This document shows, piece after piece, positions 1 through 13,400 of a stretch of 64,000 bases of DNA. Source of the DNA: Ginglymostoma cirratum (taxonomy: Eukaryota). The stretch spans positions 740,309 through 804,308 of the forward strand of contig JAHRHZ010000215.1 of assembly GCA_024137785.1 (NCBI GenBank). Direction: 5' to 3'. Every line of letters starts with the position of its first letter. The stretch's first letter is position 1. The notes below the pieces were generated by a model that made no database searches, was not told where the DNA came from, and was given only the letters and a program-made list of their open reading frames with translations. Position numbers and translations under genes: made by a program.

Positions 1-2704
1 TGCACAGAGTACCCAAACACTCACCCCTCATCTCGATTGTCTTAATGCCTTTTCTTCTGCCAAAAAGAAGAAAACTTAGTTCACATGTCACTTTGACCCT
101 ATAGTATAGGGTGAACATTTAAAGCTATTTACAGGAGTAAAAGGGTTGGGGAGGGTGAAGGATTTTTGTAAAGACAGATCCTCTGAGTCAAAGCTGTGCA
201 GTCTCTCAAAAAGGCTCAAAGTGAAGTGAGAATGGGCCCTGATTTTGATACCAAACTAGACAGAGGGGATGGCAGTTTCTGACATCACACTGTGAATTAT
301 ATCAGGCGGAAACCTATGCAGACACCATCTTCGCAAAATCGCCTTTGTTCAGTACAAACGGCCTGCTGCTTTTGAACACTTCGGGGCAGGTTCCACATCC
401 ACTGTTCCCCAGGAGAGAGATTATTTTTTGGCGGCCGGGGGGTGCGGGGGTGATGGTGGCGGGATGGTGGGGAGAAGGTGCTGAATGGGGAATGGGCGTG
501 GGAATGTTCTGAATTAAAGCTACCAAAGGAACCACAGATACGGTCAGACACCCTCCCCTGTCACTCAACCAAAATAATGCATTGTAAGGGTAACCCGTCA
601 ATCTTTGTTTGAAACTCAAGTTTCAAAGGAAAATCAAATGAAAGCAGTACCTTTTTGATTCATTGAGATGTCTTCCTTCTTATTCAACCTTTGTTTGTTC
701 AACTATATGAGCCATTGAAAGTGGATTATAATTTGGCGTTTATGGTGACATATGTTCAAGACAGCTGGTAATCAATTTGGATGGAGTCTGGCGCCAGCCT
801 TCAGTCGGAATTTCCAATTTCCAACTCCTACAAAAGGAGGTATTATGGCAGGAGGGTGTAATTGAAACATGACAAATTTGCACAGAAAGTTTACATGGGA
901 TGAATTATAATGGACATGTACATGACAGCCAGAGTGTCACAGAGGAACTTAACATGGAAAGTGACTTACGATGGCACATTACGGGTCAAACAAAGCTCAC
1001 TCCCTTGGCCTCTTGAAGCTTCGCTGCAAGACTATATTAGCTCAGAAACCCGAAACACCTCACCACAGGAGATCAAATGAGTAACTCTTAAATCATTTAC
1101 AGACAGCATGTTTGTCTCCAGTCAGTGCATGACCCATTTCTCTCTGTGTGAAATCAACTGCTCCACCCTTTGTCAAATCGAGTTATCATATTATACTCAT
1201 GCCTGCAATCTCTCTCCTCACCAGCATCAGGGAAAGGAGGAATGAGGGTATAAAAACACTTACTGTCTTACCTTTCATCATCTCACCCAAATTTGCAACT
1301 TAGCTGATTTAAAAATAAACACACTGAACTGCAGTTCCCTGAATTACCATTCATGCTGCCCGGCTTTTGGTATAGCAGAGGTCTAGAAAATCCTCAGCTC
1401 TACAAATTTTTGTTGTGGGTGTAGAATTAATAATAGACTACCAGCTGCTTGTAGCAATCTATTTAATTTACATTTAGAACACTGGCAATTGCCATCACAA
1501 CAGTCCCTGCAATGTAAATTAACCTCATGACTAACTAGGCCATTGCATAAACCAAGCTCAATGTGAAACAACACTGTAAATTCCACACATCCCATATCAA
1601 TGGAATGCCATCATACAAAATTCTGTTCAGTCACATTGAACTGGCAGAGATTTCTGGGCAGGCATGAGGAGTCCTCGAGGCTGCAGCTTTGCAGACAGTT
1701 CACAGACTGAAAAGTCAAGCCCACCCCAACAGGAGTTCTCCCCTCTCCACCAGCTCCTTCAATTTTATTTTGCTAGAACTTTGAGAGCATCAAATGCAGT
1801 GGTATTGAACAGAAATTCAAAAGATATGAGCAGACCAAATGATATAACCAAAACACGTTCAAGGAGCATCACTGCACACTCTGACAATGCACGGACACTG
1901 ACTTAGTCTCCGAGTCAAATTTTCTGAAAAAAACGAAGCAACTCTCTAGACAAATAGCAGCAGCCAAATGATCAGAGCTGACATAAAAACAAGCCTCCAA
2001 GCAGTAGCACTAATCAGTCAGTTCACAGTGTATCTGGCTGTATTCAGAAACCCTAACGCCTCACCATTACCATCATGGTCCCGGGTCAAACAGCATAATG
2101 GGAATTACATGTCTCTGGACATGAAATGCAGCCACTTTCCCTGAGATAACACTTGCACAGCCTGCAGTCAATTCCTCAATCGTGGATAGCTCTGAAGCCC
2201 ATGAGAGTTTGGCCCTGCGCCATCTTGCTGTTGTCATACAGCTTGGATGACAACAGCCCCATCTCAAACACACACAAACGCTGATCTTCTAAGCCCAACC
2301 ATGAAATCTAGCCAGGTTCAACGCCTCACACCCAAGCCACGAATCCTACCTGGAACAGCCTTTGGGGTCGGTGCAGAAGCAAAAACGTTATTCACTCCAG
2401 GGAGACCCTGACCCACTGACGAGGTGGAGGTCGAGCCAGTGGTTTAAGTGGGAAGACATCTTGAAGAACGGAGGAAAACAGGGAGAAACCTGACCCTCAT
2501 GATCATACACAATCGGAGAGACAGAGAAAATGCCAGAACAAGTGTGTCAGGGAAGGACACAGCAAAGGGAAGGTGCGGTACAAAGGAGCAGGAATGAGGG
2601 AGCAGGCTTCAGTCTGAATGACTTCCTACTTGACACAGTGAGCCACATTGGGCTGGACAGCACATGGGGAATTCTGCAGACAGTGCGGCAGACAGAGCTG
2701 TCAC

Positions 2705-2710
2705 TTTATT
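2705..2710 (-). promoter_or_regulatory. Candidate polyadenylation signal for the MINK1 3' UTR
   Basis: AATAAA on the minus strand about 1.67 kb after the stop; another at 1764-1769. No transcript evidence. Confidence 0.3.
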
Positions 2711-3154
2711 AAGCACCTGCAGGGGAAGCTCTGATGCTTCATTTTAAACCAGCATGTCCTGCTCTACAGAAGGCAGCCAGTAAGACGCAAAGGCAAATAT
2801 CCCGGAGTCTCCATAGCAACATCAGACCACTTGAAAGGCTAATTCCGGGCACGCTGTTCCCATCTTCGGGAAACACTGGCCCGCTCCTCATTTCTTGTCA
2901 CGCTTCTGTACCTCCCCCCTGACCTACTTAGGGGAAATCATTCATGTGTCTCACTTGGGAAGCTGGAGAGGATCACTCTTGAGAAGGGAACGTGGTCCCT
3001 GAAAGTGGGAGGGTGATTGGGAAATTGCAGGATTGAGCACAAGGTTTAAATGATGAGAAACAGCGAGGAACCATTTGGTCTGTCACAGCTATTTTATGCT
3101 TTTCACATGATGCCATCCTCATCCGTACTAACCAGTATCAAAATCAGCCAAGAA

Positions 3155-3415
3155 GGGGAGAGACAGAGACAGTTGGAGATGGAGAGGCAGGTGGGGCGAG
3201 AGAGAGAGAACACATGAGCAGCGGGTGTGTCTGTGTGAGAGAGAGAGAGAGTGAGAGCATGCGAGCGGGGGGCAAGAGAGAGACAGAACACGTCAGCAGG
3301 GGGCGACAGAGACACAGCACGTGAACAGGGGGCGAGAAAGAGACAGCAGGGGAGAGAGGGAGCAAGCAGGGGGCGAGAGACAGTGAGAGCACAGGGGGCA
3401 AGAGAGAGACAGAAA
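3155..3415. repeat. GA-rich low-complexity / degenerate tandem repeat
   Basis: Recurrent ggggc(g/a)agagagagacag units and (GA)n runs. Confidence 0.8.
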
Positions 3416-4372
3416 TCACAGATTTGACTTGTCAGATAGACAAGCAAACAATCTGCCGAACTTTATGTGGGTAGGCAAGACTTTACCAGACATTTTGAAG
3501 CATCTGGGGTGATCTAGACTCTGGGGTTTGCCCAGACTAGACGTACAGCCCTATAATCGCCAAACAAACACACCTCAGAGTGATATTTTGAGATGACATT
3601 TTAACAAAAATGGTACTGTGATGCTGGTGTGTCTCTTCTGATTCACACCTCACCACCATACCTGAGGCGTGTACGATCTTTCCGTCAGCTTGAATGGTCC
3701 CTTAAATCAACAATGGATTGGCCCATACCTTTCAGCTTTCTAGTTAGATGCAACTAGACATGATTTCTTTGCGCAAATGTTTGGATGCATGAAAGGAATT
3801 TGCAAAACTATTTCAGTTCTACTCTAAAATAAGCAAAATAAAATATCCCGAAATCATCGGAACTGCCAGTCTGGGCTCAAACCAGGCTTTCCCAACTAGC
3901 ACCCGTCGGCAACAGGCCAGAGGTGGCGCAGATTGGGTCACAATGGTATTGGGTGCTTCCAACTCTCCTGTCTAGAACAGTGGCTTATTTCCAATCATTA
4001 TCCTTCACCCCATTTCCTGCCACCGCCCCCCCAACCCTCCAACCCTCCCCAATGACCTCAACCATCCATGGAGTGCACACTCCATCCATGTGACATGCCA
4101 CCAACAAGTAGCAGCCTCCGTGTCCAAAGGGAAAAGCATGCTGGGTGACTGCAGCCAAGCTGTCGAGTTCATTCTCCAGCCTGGGGAAGGAAAACAACAA
4201 TTGTGAAGGAACAGCTTCAACAACATCTTTTGAGGCACGAGAATCCACCGCAAGTTCCACAGAAACCTTCCCGAGGCCTTTCAACTCTTGTTTTAAAGCT
4301 CTGATCTACAAAACGCGTCGTTCTCCTTATTTACAGTATCCAACACTTCAGTAGTCCAACATGTTGTCACTT

Positions 4373-4456
4373 TTACCAGTTCATGATTGTGTTCCTATTT
4401 AACGTCATGAAGTAAACTTGACTGCTTCCACCTGAACGGACAGAAGCGAAAAACAC
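4373..4456 (-). CDS. MINK1: MINK1 terminal coding exon [27 protein letters not shown]
   Basis: Acceptor AG at 4457-4458, TAA at 4373-4375; CNH C-terminus. Missing from the ORF track. Confidence 0.95.
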   Translation of the reverse strand: MFFASVRSGGSSQVYFMTLNRNTIMNW

Positions 4457-7400
4457 CTGGAGGGACATAAAGGGTAGATGTCAGATGGTTCAACAAACAA
4501 GAAGCTGATCATAGAATCCCTACAGTGTCGAAGCAGGCCATTCAGCTCACCGAGTCCAAAAGACCTTCAGAAGAATATCCCACCCACACCACCCTGCCCT
4601 ACCCTATCCCTGAAAGCCTGCATTTCCTATGGCTAATCCACCCAGCTGCACATCTCTGGACATTATGGGCAATTTAGAATGGCCAATCCACCATACCGTT
4701 GAGCTTGTCATCTTCAGTTTAGTTGTAGCGGCCACATCTTGTGGCGGCACCGTGACTCCGTGGTTAGCACTTCTGCCTTACAGCACCAGGGACCTGGGTT
4801 CAACTCCACCTTAAGGTGACTCTGTGGAGTTGACATGTTCTCCCTGCATCTGCGTGGGTTTCCTCCGGGTGCTCCGGTTTTTTCCCACAGTCCAAAGATG
4901 TGCAGGTTAGGTGAACTGACCATGCTAACTTGCCTTGCAGGTGGGTTGGCCATGAGAAAAATGCAGGATTACAGGATGGGTCTGCATGGGATGCTCGGTA
5001 TGGACCCAATGGGCCGAATGGCATGTTTCCACGCTGTAGGGATTCTATGAAAATCCTCATGAAAATTCTATTCCAGTGTCAATGAGCAAATCAGCCTCAC
5101 CTAACAAAAACAAATTAATTAGGAGAAGCAAGCTACATGGCTCCTTAAGCAAGCTTCATCATCCAATAAGATTGTGGCTGACCTGCTTGTGTTAAACTCC
5201 ACAAAGTCATAGAGTTGTACAGCACAGAAACAGACCTTTCAGTCCAACTCGTCCATGCTGACCAGATATCCTAAATTAATCTTGTCCCATTTGCCAGGAT
5301 TTGGCCCATATCCCTTGCTTTTAATGTAGCTATCCAGATGTCGTTTAAATGTGCACTTCCACCACTTCCTCTCTCAGTTCATTCCATACAAGCACCAGCG
5401 TCTGTGTGAAAAAGTTGCCCCTTAGGTTCTTTTTTAAATCTTTCCCCTCTCACCTGAAACCTATACCCTCTAGTTTTGGATTCCCTAACGACCCTAGCTT
5501 TTCATCCTATCCGTGCTCCTCATGATTTCCATCTAAAAACTACTTCCCCAAAAACTAATCAGAATCTACCTCCCACCTCTGCCTTAGGTCAATGGAAAAT
5601 AAACTGGCCATTCAGCCTATCTGCACCATGCTGGCGTTTCTGTTCCATGTGAACCTCCGACCACCCACTTCTTGCATCTCTCCCCATCAGTAGAAACTTC
5701 CATTGTCTTCTTCCTCACCTGTTTACCCAGCTTCCCCTCAATGCTGTTCAACTCTTGACCACTCCCTGTGCTACTGAGTTTTACACTGCCACTCCTGTCT
5801 ATGCTGAAGCAATTTCTCTTGAAATCACAGCTGGATTTATCATCGACGCTGTTGTATTTTAGTCCCTGGTTCTGGTCTTGCCCCATCTCTACATGACACC
5901 CTTCTTCCTTAGCTCATGACCCAGCCCAACTTTTAGACATACTGAATCAAAAACTCTAGGTTCTCTCTGACGTGTCAGTCAAAAGGTAGGATCTGGGTCA
6001 GAGTGCTCCTGACATCTCCTTTCAAACTGCAACAAGCTGAACAGATCCTTAATTGATCAGTGACTGTTTTGCCCCCTCAGCCAGTGCTGATGTGCACTTG
6101 GGATTGAAACAGAAGTGTTCCCAGCTTTGAGAGACTCAGTTACTTTTGACCCTCACTAGGAGAGACACGAGAGACGTCACATTCCACAGTGTGGACTGTT
6201 ACCTTATCATTTCGCTCGCAGAGGAACTTTAGCCGCTGAGCTCTTTTATGCATGAAAACACCATCGAGGTGACCCGTTTCGACAGAGCGAATTTCAATTG
6301 CCTTCTCACCCCAACCCATGATCTGGTTCGAGCAGATGTATGCTGTGTGAACACACAATGCAGAGTTACAAGAGGAATCGCAAGGGAAATCAGCTCGAGT
6401 GTGTTACTGAACTTTGGGAGGGTTGCTCACAGTTGCACGCATACATCAGCTGTCCTGTCACTATTCAACAATAACTTATATTTATAGAGTAACTGAACAA
6501 ATCATCCCACTGTACTTCACAAAACAAAGTGTGATACCGAGCCACATCATGAGATTAGTAGAGATGCAAGCCTGTTTCAGAGGGTAGTTAAGAGTTCAGT
6601 ACATTGCAGTGAGTCTGCAGTAGGCCAGACTGGACAAGGATGACAGATTTCCTTTCCTAAAGGACATTAGTGAACCAGATGAGCTTTAATGGCAATGATA
6701 GTTTCATGATCACCACCACTGAAAATATCTTTAAATTGCACATTCACTTGTTGAACTTAAATTGCACCAGATGCCATGGTGTGTTTTATATCCTTATCCT
6801 CAAAGATTAGTTTGTCACTGAATTGCCAGTCCAACGATATGACCACTACCATGTTCCCATGAGGGGGAATACGGCACAAGCAACTGAAGCCTAGGGTAGG
6901 TGGGGGTGATCAAAATCAGGGATGCACAAGGCCAGAGTTAGAGCAGCACAGATATACAGGACGGCTGTGGGGCTGGAAAAGATTACACAAAAAGGGAGTA
7001 AAAGTCTTGTGGCGCAACTCCTCTGGGTGAGAAGCTCCTAGCTGGAGTTTCTTCTCAGGTCTCGACGGCTACATATGTGTATGAACAGTCAAGGGAGGCC
7101 AAGTATTAGTCTATAAATGCTTAGAGACCCAGAAGCCGTGACAATGACCAAATAACATCGTGCTGATGCTTGCTGGGGAGTGAACATCAGTCAGGATTCA
7201 AGGAAGAACTCTGGGTAATTATGTAATCACATCAGCTATACTTCAATGGCCTGTTATCCCATGTGCCTGGGCTCTCTCACGTGGGCCAGTGAATGATGTA
7301 TTGGCATCAGCAGGAGCATGTTGGCTACAATAGTCTGACTATCATAAAAAGGGTCAATCTTTATTGCACCATACTGAAAGTTATAAAGCTACTGATATAG

Positions 7401-10400
7401 ACAGAAACATCAGGTGACACAAAAGTGTGGATGAAACTGCCCCTAGCTGGAGAGGGCTTCGCCAGCAGAAAAAGTTAACAGCTCCACAGAAATCTAGAAA
7501 CTCTATTTGCGATTTGAGAGCTGTCATGAAATGTTGAAGGAGTCAAATGTCAAAGGCTCCTCACGTTCAGTAACTTCTGTCTAGAGGGCTTTCACTTGGC
7601 CTGCCCACTGAGAATGGGGCTGGGATCGAAGGCATTGGCTCCATGCCTGACATGGCGAGCAATGACCACACTCAGCAGCTACAGCCTGGCTTCCCTCCGG
7701 AAATAAACAGGGAATTTGGAAAAACTAAGAAATCCCCACGGAGAGATCTTTGCATGGGCAACTTACCAACAGAGGTCGGCATCTCACCCCACTGCAACAC
7801 CACATCCTTGGTGATCCGGCCATAAGTGTTCACATAAACTCCCTCATCTTCATAGCACAAAAGCATTTCCATTCCCGCTGTGTTGGGTAGAATGACGATG
7901 GCATGAGGCACGACATGGGTCTGAATCTACAGGGACAAAGAAAGAAATCAGAAGATTCAGGGGTACATGGGTACTGCAGTTTGGTCATTCAACCCATCTC
8001 TGGCATTAGCTCCAAGCCAACTGCTATCTCAACTCCATTTACCCACCTTTGACCCATATCCTTAAACACTCTTACTCGACAAATATCTGTTGCAGTTTTG
8101 AAATTCCAATTATTGCCTGGCTTTTCAAGGATTGAATTGCAAGTTCCAGTCCCATGTGTGAAAAGTAGATTCAGAATTTGACTCCTACCATCATCTCTAC
8201 CTGAAAGTGTCAGCCCCTCTTACATACACAGAAGCAACAATGACCAATCTGTGTCCTAAACTCTTCTGTTTTCAACCCGCAGTGGAGAAAACTTAGCAAC
8301 AGGTTCCACAAAAGTCATTATATTATCTATACAAAGGAATATTTCTAGGTGGTGGTTTCAACATGAAGGCAAAAGCACCAACTCCTTACAACTCACATGC
8401 ACTGGGATATAAATATCATAGGTGTTTCCAGAATCCACGTCAACTGCATGAAAGCCTGTAATGGATCCATATATAACCTTCAACCTCTGACCTTCTTCTA
8501 CAGTCAAGTCAACCAGTGTTGGTTTGTGAGGCAGATCTGAAAACGACTGGAAAAGAAATGGAAACAAGTGAAATTCTCTCTCCAGCAAACTTTTCAATAA
8601 TTTGTGCTTTCTAACGAGGCTGACCAAACACACTGATTTTATCAAGGACACTATTTTAAACAGAGGCTCAGTCCAGAATGACCCATTGTTTTATTTCAAA
8701 TGTCTTCCTCAAACATCCAAACAGATTTTTAAAAAAAAAATTGATCTGGTCATTTCGTCACCTGTAGGACATTTCAATTACTAGTTACCTTTCCCATATT
8801 GCAACAGAAACTACAGGTCAAAAGTACTTTTCAGGAAAAAGTAATTAGACCACCTTGAAGCTTTTCACTCTCTTTATAATCTACTAATCACACTCACCAA
8901 GGGAACAGGCATAGGTTGTATGATTGATGTTTTAAGTTTGAAAACAGAATCAATTGTGAAGCAGATTCCTGACCATCATTTGTCCATTTTAATGGACCGA
9001 TACAAGAGTACAGCAAAGGGGGGGACCTTTGGTCCATGAAATTAGAATGGAGCCACAAAGTACAATCCAGTTTTTTTTATGTCTAACCTGCCACCTGACT
9101 CTTCACTCATAGCCCTGCAATTCATTTTCAAGTATTTCTCCTTTTTCATCTTTTCTCTACCTTGCACACCAAATCAGTACATTCACCGCTCAAAGACCAT
9201 CACCTTCACGTCATCTCTGGCTCTTTTGCCTATTGTGCTCTGGCTACCGACCCCTCAGTCACTGGAAACACTTGCACCCTCAGATTTCTGACTTTTTTCT
9301 TTATTCATTCATGGGATGAGGGCGTCCCTGGCCAGACCAGCAATTATTGCCCATCCCTAACTACGCAGAGGGCAGTTATGAGTCAACTACATTGCTGTGG
9401 GTCTGGAGTCACATGTAGGCCAGACTGGGTAAGCATTCCCTGAAGGGCATTAGTGAACCAGAGGAGTTTTTCTGACAACCAGCAATGGACTCATGGTCAT
9501 CATTAGACTCTCAATTCCAGATATTTCAAATTCCACCAGCTGCCATGGTGGGATTCGAACCCAGATCCCCAGAACATTACCTGGATCTCTCGATTAACAG
9601 TCCCACTAGGATAATACCACTAGGCACTACCTCCCCAACCTTTTCGTAAAATTAAACATCTCCATCAAGTCACCTCAACCTTCCCTGAAGAGGAAGAGCT
9701 ACTGTTTGTCTGACCTATCCAGCAAGACAAAGGAGGAGACAATAGGACTATGGTTTGCTTCTTCCCCGTGTCTTTCATCTTTAGGGTCCCAACCATTATC
9801 GGTCATCCTTGGAACCACTATAATGGATCTCTTTTATATCCACGACATTCAGGATCTTCCTACAATTTCATATGAAGAGCACACAAGACTCCAGGTATGG
9901 CCAGAGTAATGTTCTCAAAGTTTAGCCTAACTGCCTGGCTTCGGTAACTTACAAAGTTCAGAATCTATTATGATTATCAATTGCTTAATTAACTTGACCT
10001 GCACATTCAGGGATGCAAGTACAAACATCCCCGGACCCCTCTTTTCACTGCCAAATTTAAAATTGCACTATTTCACCTAAACTGTTTACATCATTCTTCC
10101 AACAATATTGCTCCAGATATAACCACACCTCATGGGCAACCGCCATTGGCACCAGCTTGCAGGGCTGTATTACCACTAGCCAACAGGGCCTCATTATCAT
10201 TCACCATATTTCATACAACTCTCAGTCATTTCATTGTTGCAAGTCTATTCTGACATCTCCCTTTGAATTAGCAGCTTTTAAAATTCACCAAATACTGAAG
10301 TATCTCCTAATGCTTGTAAACTCCAACAGAAATGATTCTCATCTTTGGCTTTGCTGGACTATTTTTGTCAAATACACACCCTTTCTATCTGCAATATTAA

Positions 10401-13400
10401 CAGGCTTTGTCTTTCATCGGCTATTAAGGTGAAGGTTATTATGGAGAGCAGCTATGAAATGAAACCTGACCTTGAAAGCCATGAACTTGTGGTAAGGCTT
10501 CGGAGCCCAGGCATAGACCTCAACCGAGCTCTTCAGAGCAATAACCAGGAACTTGATCCTCTCGTACTTCACTGTAGAGTAAATAGCAATGGAAAGGTTA
10601 CATGTCCCATGAAGTTCAAGATCATAGATGATAAACCTGATCCTGTGACTAGGGATGATGTAGCCAGCTTTCTGCAGCAGCCCAGTCTTTTGAGTTCGTC
10701 CATCCCTCGAGGGGTAGGAGGAAACAGGATGAACTCAGATAATTCCACTCAATCACAGCACAGCATTTACAATCATGGTAAAAATTAAGCAACAATACTT
10801 CATGACCTTATGCATCTCAATAGGTTAATGCACTGAAGTACAAAACCAGTGGTAGGAGAAATACAGTTAACCTTTCAGGTTGCAGCTGAGAGTGAAAGGC
10901 TTTGGTGAAATGTCAATGGCTTAGAAGATAAATTCTGTTTCTCTCTCCACTGATGCTGCCTGGCCTGGGGTGTATTCACAGCATTTTTCGCTTTGACTTT
11001 GATTTCTAGCATCAACAGTAAGTTAATACACCGAGCAGCTGAAACAGGGACAAAGTGTAACAAAAATAATCTACATACAAGTTGCTCATCTGGCTGCAGC
11101 TGATCACTGTAAATGGCCAACGTTAAAGAGTAGTAGCTAAGGTTTCTCCCTTGATACTACAACTGAGACCAAAGACAGGAATAGCCGTGATTCCTCTCCA
11201 TTGCCACCTTGCTAGAAACTGTGCACTTGTGGTTGTAAGACGAAAGTAAATGTTTAACAGGGGATATCAGGACCTTTTTTTTCCCCACCCCAAGAGGCTA
11301 GAAATATGGAACATGCTGCCTGAGAGGGTGGTCGAGGCAGGTACTCTCAGCATTTAAAAAGCACCTGGATGAGTTCTTAAAATGCCAGGACATAGCAGGC
11401 TACCGACCAAGTGCAGGTAAATGGGATTAGTGTAGTTTGCTGTTTATTGGTCAACAGGCCGAATGGCCTGTCTCTATGCTGTATAACTCAGCACATGGCT
11501 CCCAACCGTGTGGGATTTCCTCACAGCAAGTTGGGTCAAAATGCCTCTAATCTTTATGGCATAATCCAGAGGTAGGGACGACCAGTTAAGTCATCACGCT
11601 CATCCCTCGACTACATTAAATGCTCTCCAACCACACTGAAGTATGTTTTGAAATCGAACGCATTTGCACCCACGATCCCACTTGATAGATGAGCCTTGGC
11701 AGCAACTAAAGTATACTAGATAGCTGGTTTTTCAGTCACTTCTATCAACGTCTCGTCCAAGCATCGAACTAATAATCAGTGTGGTCAACAAGGACTCTCC
11801 ATTTTTCGATCTTAAACATGGCTTATTGCGAATACAGACCTTTCAATGTAGCAGGGAGTACCATCTGCTGAAACGCTGACTGCCCATTGAACCGAGCTCT
11901 TTTCAGAAGAGACCTTTGTTGTATGAGAAGTACCATTCCCTTTAGAACTGTCCAACTGACAGGGCTATGTTTGCTGGCTCACACTTACTTGCTGCATGTG
12001 ATTGTAAGTCCAACACGTGTCAGGAAATAGTCACCACAGTGATGCTTAGCTCTTTACTTACCCACTTTGTAGTGTACGCAGCCCTCCATATCTCCCACTG
12101 TGGTCCAGCCCTGCTTCTTCTCCACCTCTGGATCATTATGTAAAATCTTATTTCGCAGCCAGGACAAGTAATATACACGCAGTTTGTTCCGTTTACCTGA
12201 GCGGGTGGGGATAAAACATTTGAAACAGAATTCAGCAACTTTAACAACCAGATATTAGCAATTTCTCTTCATGGTAATGAAGAGCCATCATTCCGCTTCT
12301 CCCCTTGGGAGACCTAGAGGAGATTGGAAGCAAGCACGTTCTGTATGGTAATGTTGGGGGTTCTTTTTCATCTTTACTTCTTTTGGGAGGTTTTATTGCC
12401 TTCATTTTTTTCAGGCAATGCGGGCATCACTGACAAAGCCATCACCAGTGCTTAATTGCCCTTGAACTGAATGGCTTACTCTGCCATTTCACTTAAGAGT
12501 CAACTGCATTGCTGTGGGCCTGAAGTCAAGTGTAGCCCACATTGAGAAGGGCAGCAGATTTCCTTTCCTAAAAAGGAAATTAGTGAACCACAGGTTTTTA
12601 ACAACAATGACTTCATGGTCACCATCAGACAAAATTTTAATTCCATATTTATTAAATGAATTCCTTTGAGGGAAGGGGACTTCTTCAGACCAACTCAGAG
12701 GATCTTACTGTGCCATACCATCATGAGCTAGAGGCCGTGAATTATGCTGCTCACACAATCAAAGTGCGGCGTATCATGGGAACAGATGTTTCTGACTTTA
12801 CCTGAATTGCTGATGGCACTGTAACTGGTCCCAGGATCAGGATAATGGTGGGAAAACAGGGGCAACTGGAAAATATTCCTGTTCTCAATTCCTGCCCAGT
12901 AAGCTTGGTGGAAAGGGCTGTGCAATAGGGTAAGGATAAAATAATATTCCTCAGTACTCAGATTTCACTGTTTTCTGAAGTCCTACCTCCATTTTACATT
13001 GGAAGCTTTCTCACTGCATGCTCCTGCTCTGTGTAGGGATTTCAAAATCAGTCCCTAAAAGTTACGCACCCGATATAGTGATGAGGAGGTTCAGTCCTTC
13101 CAAAACGTCCATCTGCTGGAAGCGTCGGCGACTGATGAGGCTGTAGACTTTGCCCTGCCCACTACGATCAAGCAGCATCAGCCCATTCTCTGTGCCCACC
13201 AGTAGATTCACACCTTCAGCAAACACAGATTGTACAATGAACAAGACACAGAACAACCAGAAGAACAACAAAGCTTTGTTAACACAGTACTGACTGGTCA
13301 CAAATCTGAGGAAATAGGGGCAGAGAAAGTGAACAAAAAGTGGGAGGTGACGAAGAATGTGAGTGCAAAATGAGGAAGAAAAGAAAGTGTACACCAAAGA

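Noticed and set aside
3913-3930. CTCF-like motif ggccagaggtggcgca
   Set aside because: The 5' half does not fit the consensus spacing.
1-4372. CHRNE 3' exons on the + strand (tail-to-tail neighbour of MINK1 in mammals)
   Set aside because: I found no nicotinic receptor M4-like coding sequence.
4743-4812. tRNA genes suggested by A/B boxes (also near 13775, 17233 and 27105)
   Set aside because: These are SINE heads followed by SINE bodies, with no complete cloverleaf.
10345-10788. 147-aa + strand ORF
   Set aside because: It is the antisense shadow of MINK1 exon 10471-10571 and shows no recognisable domain.
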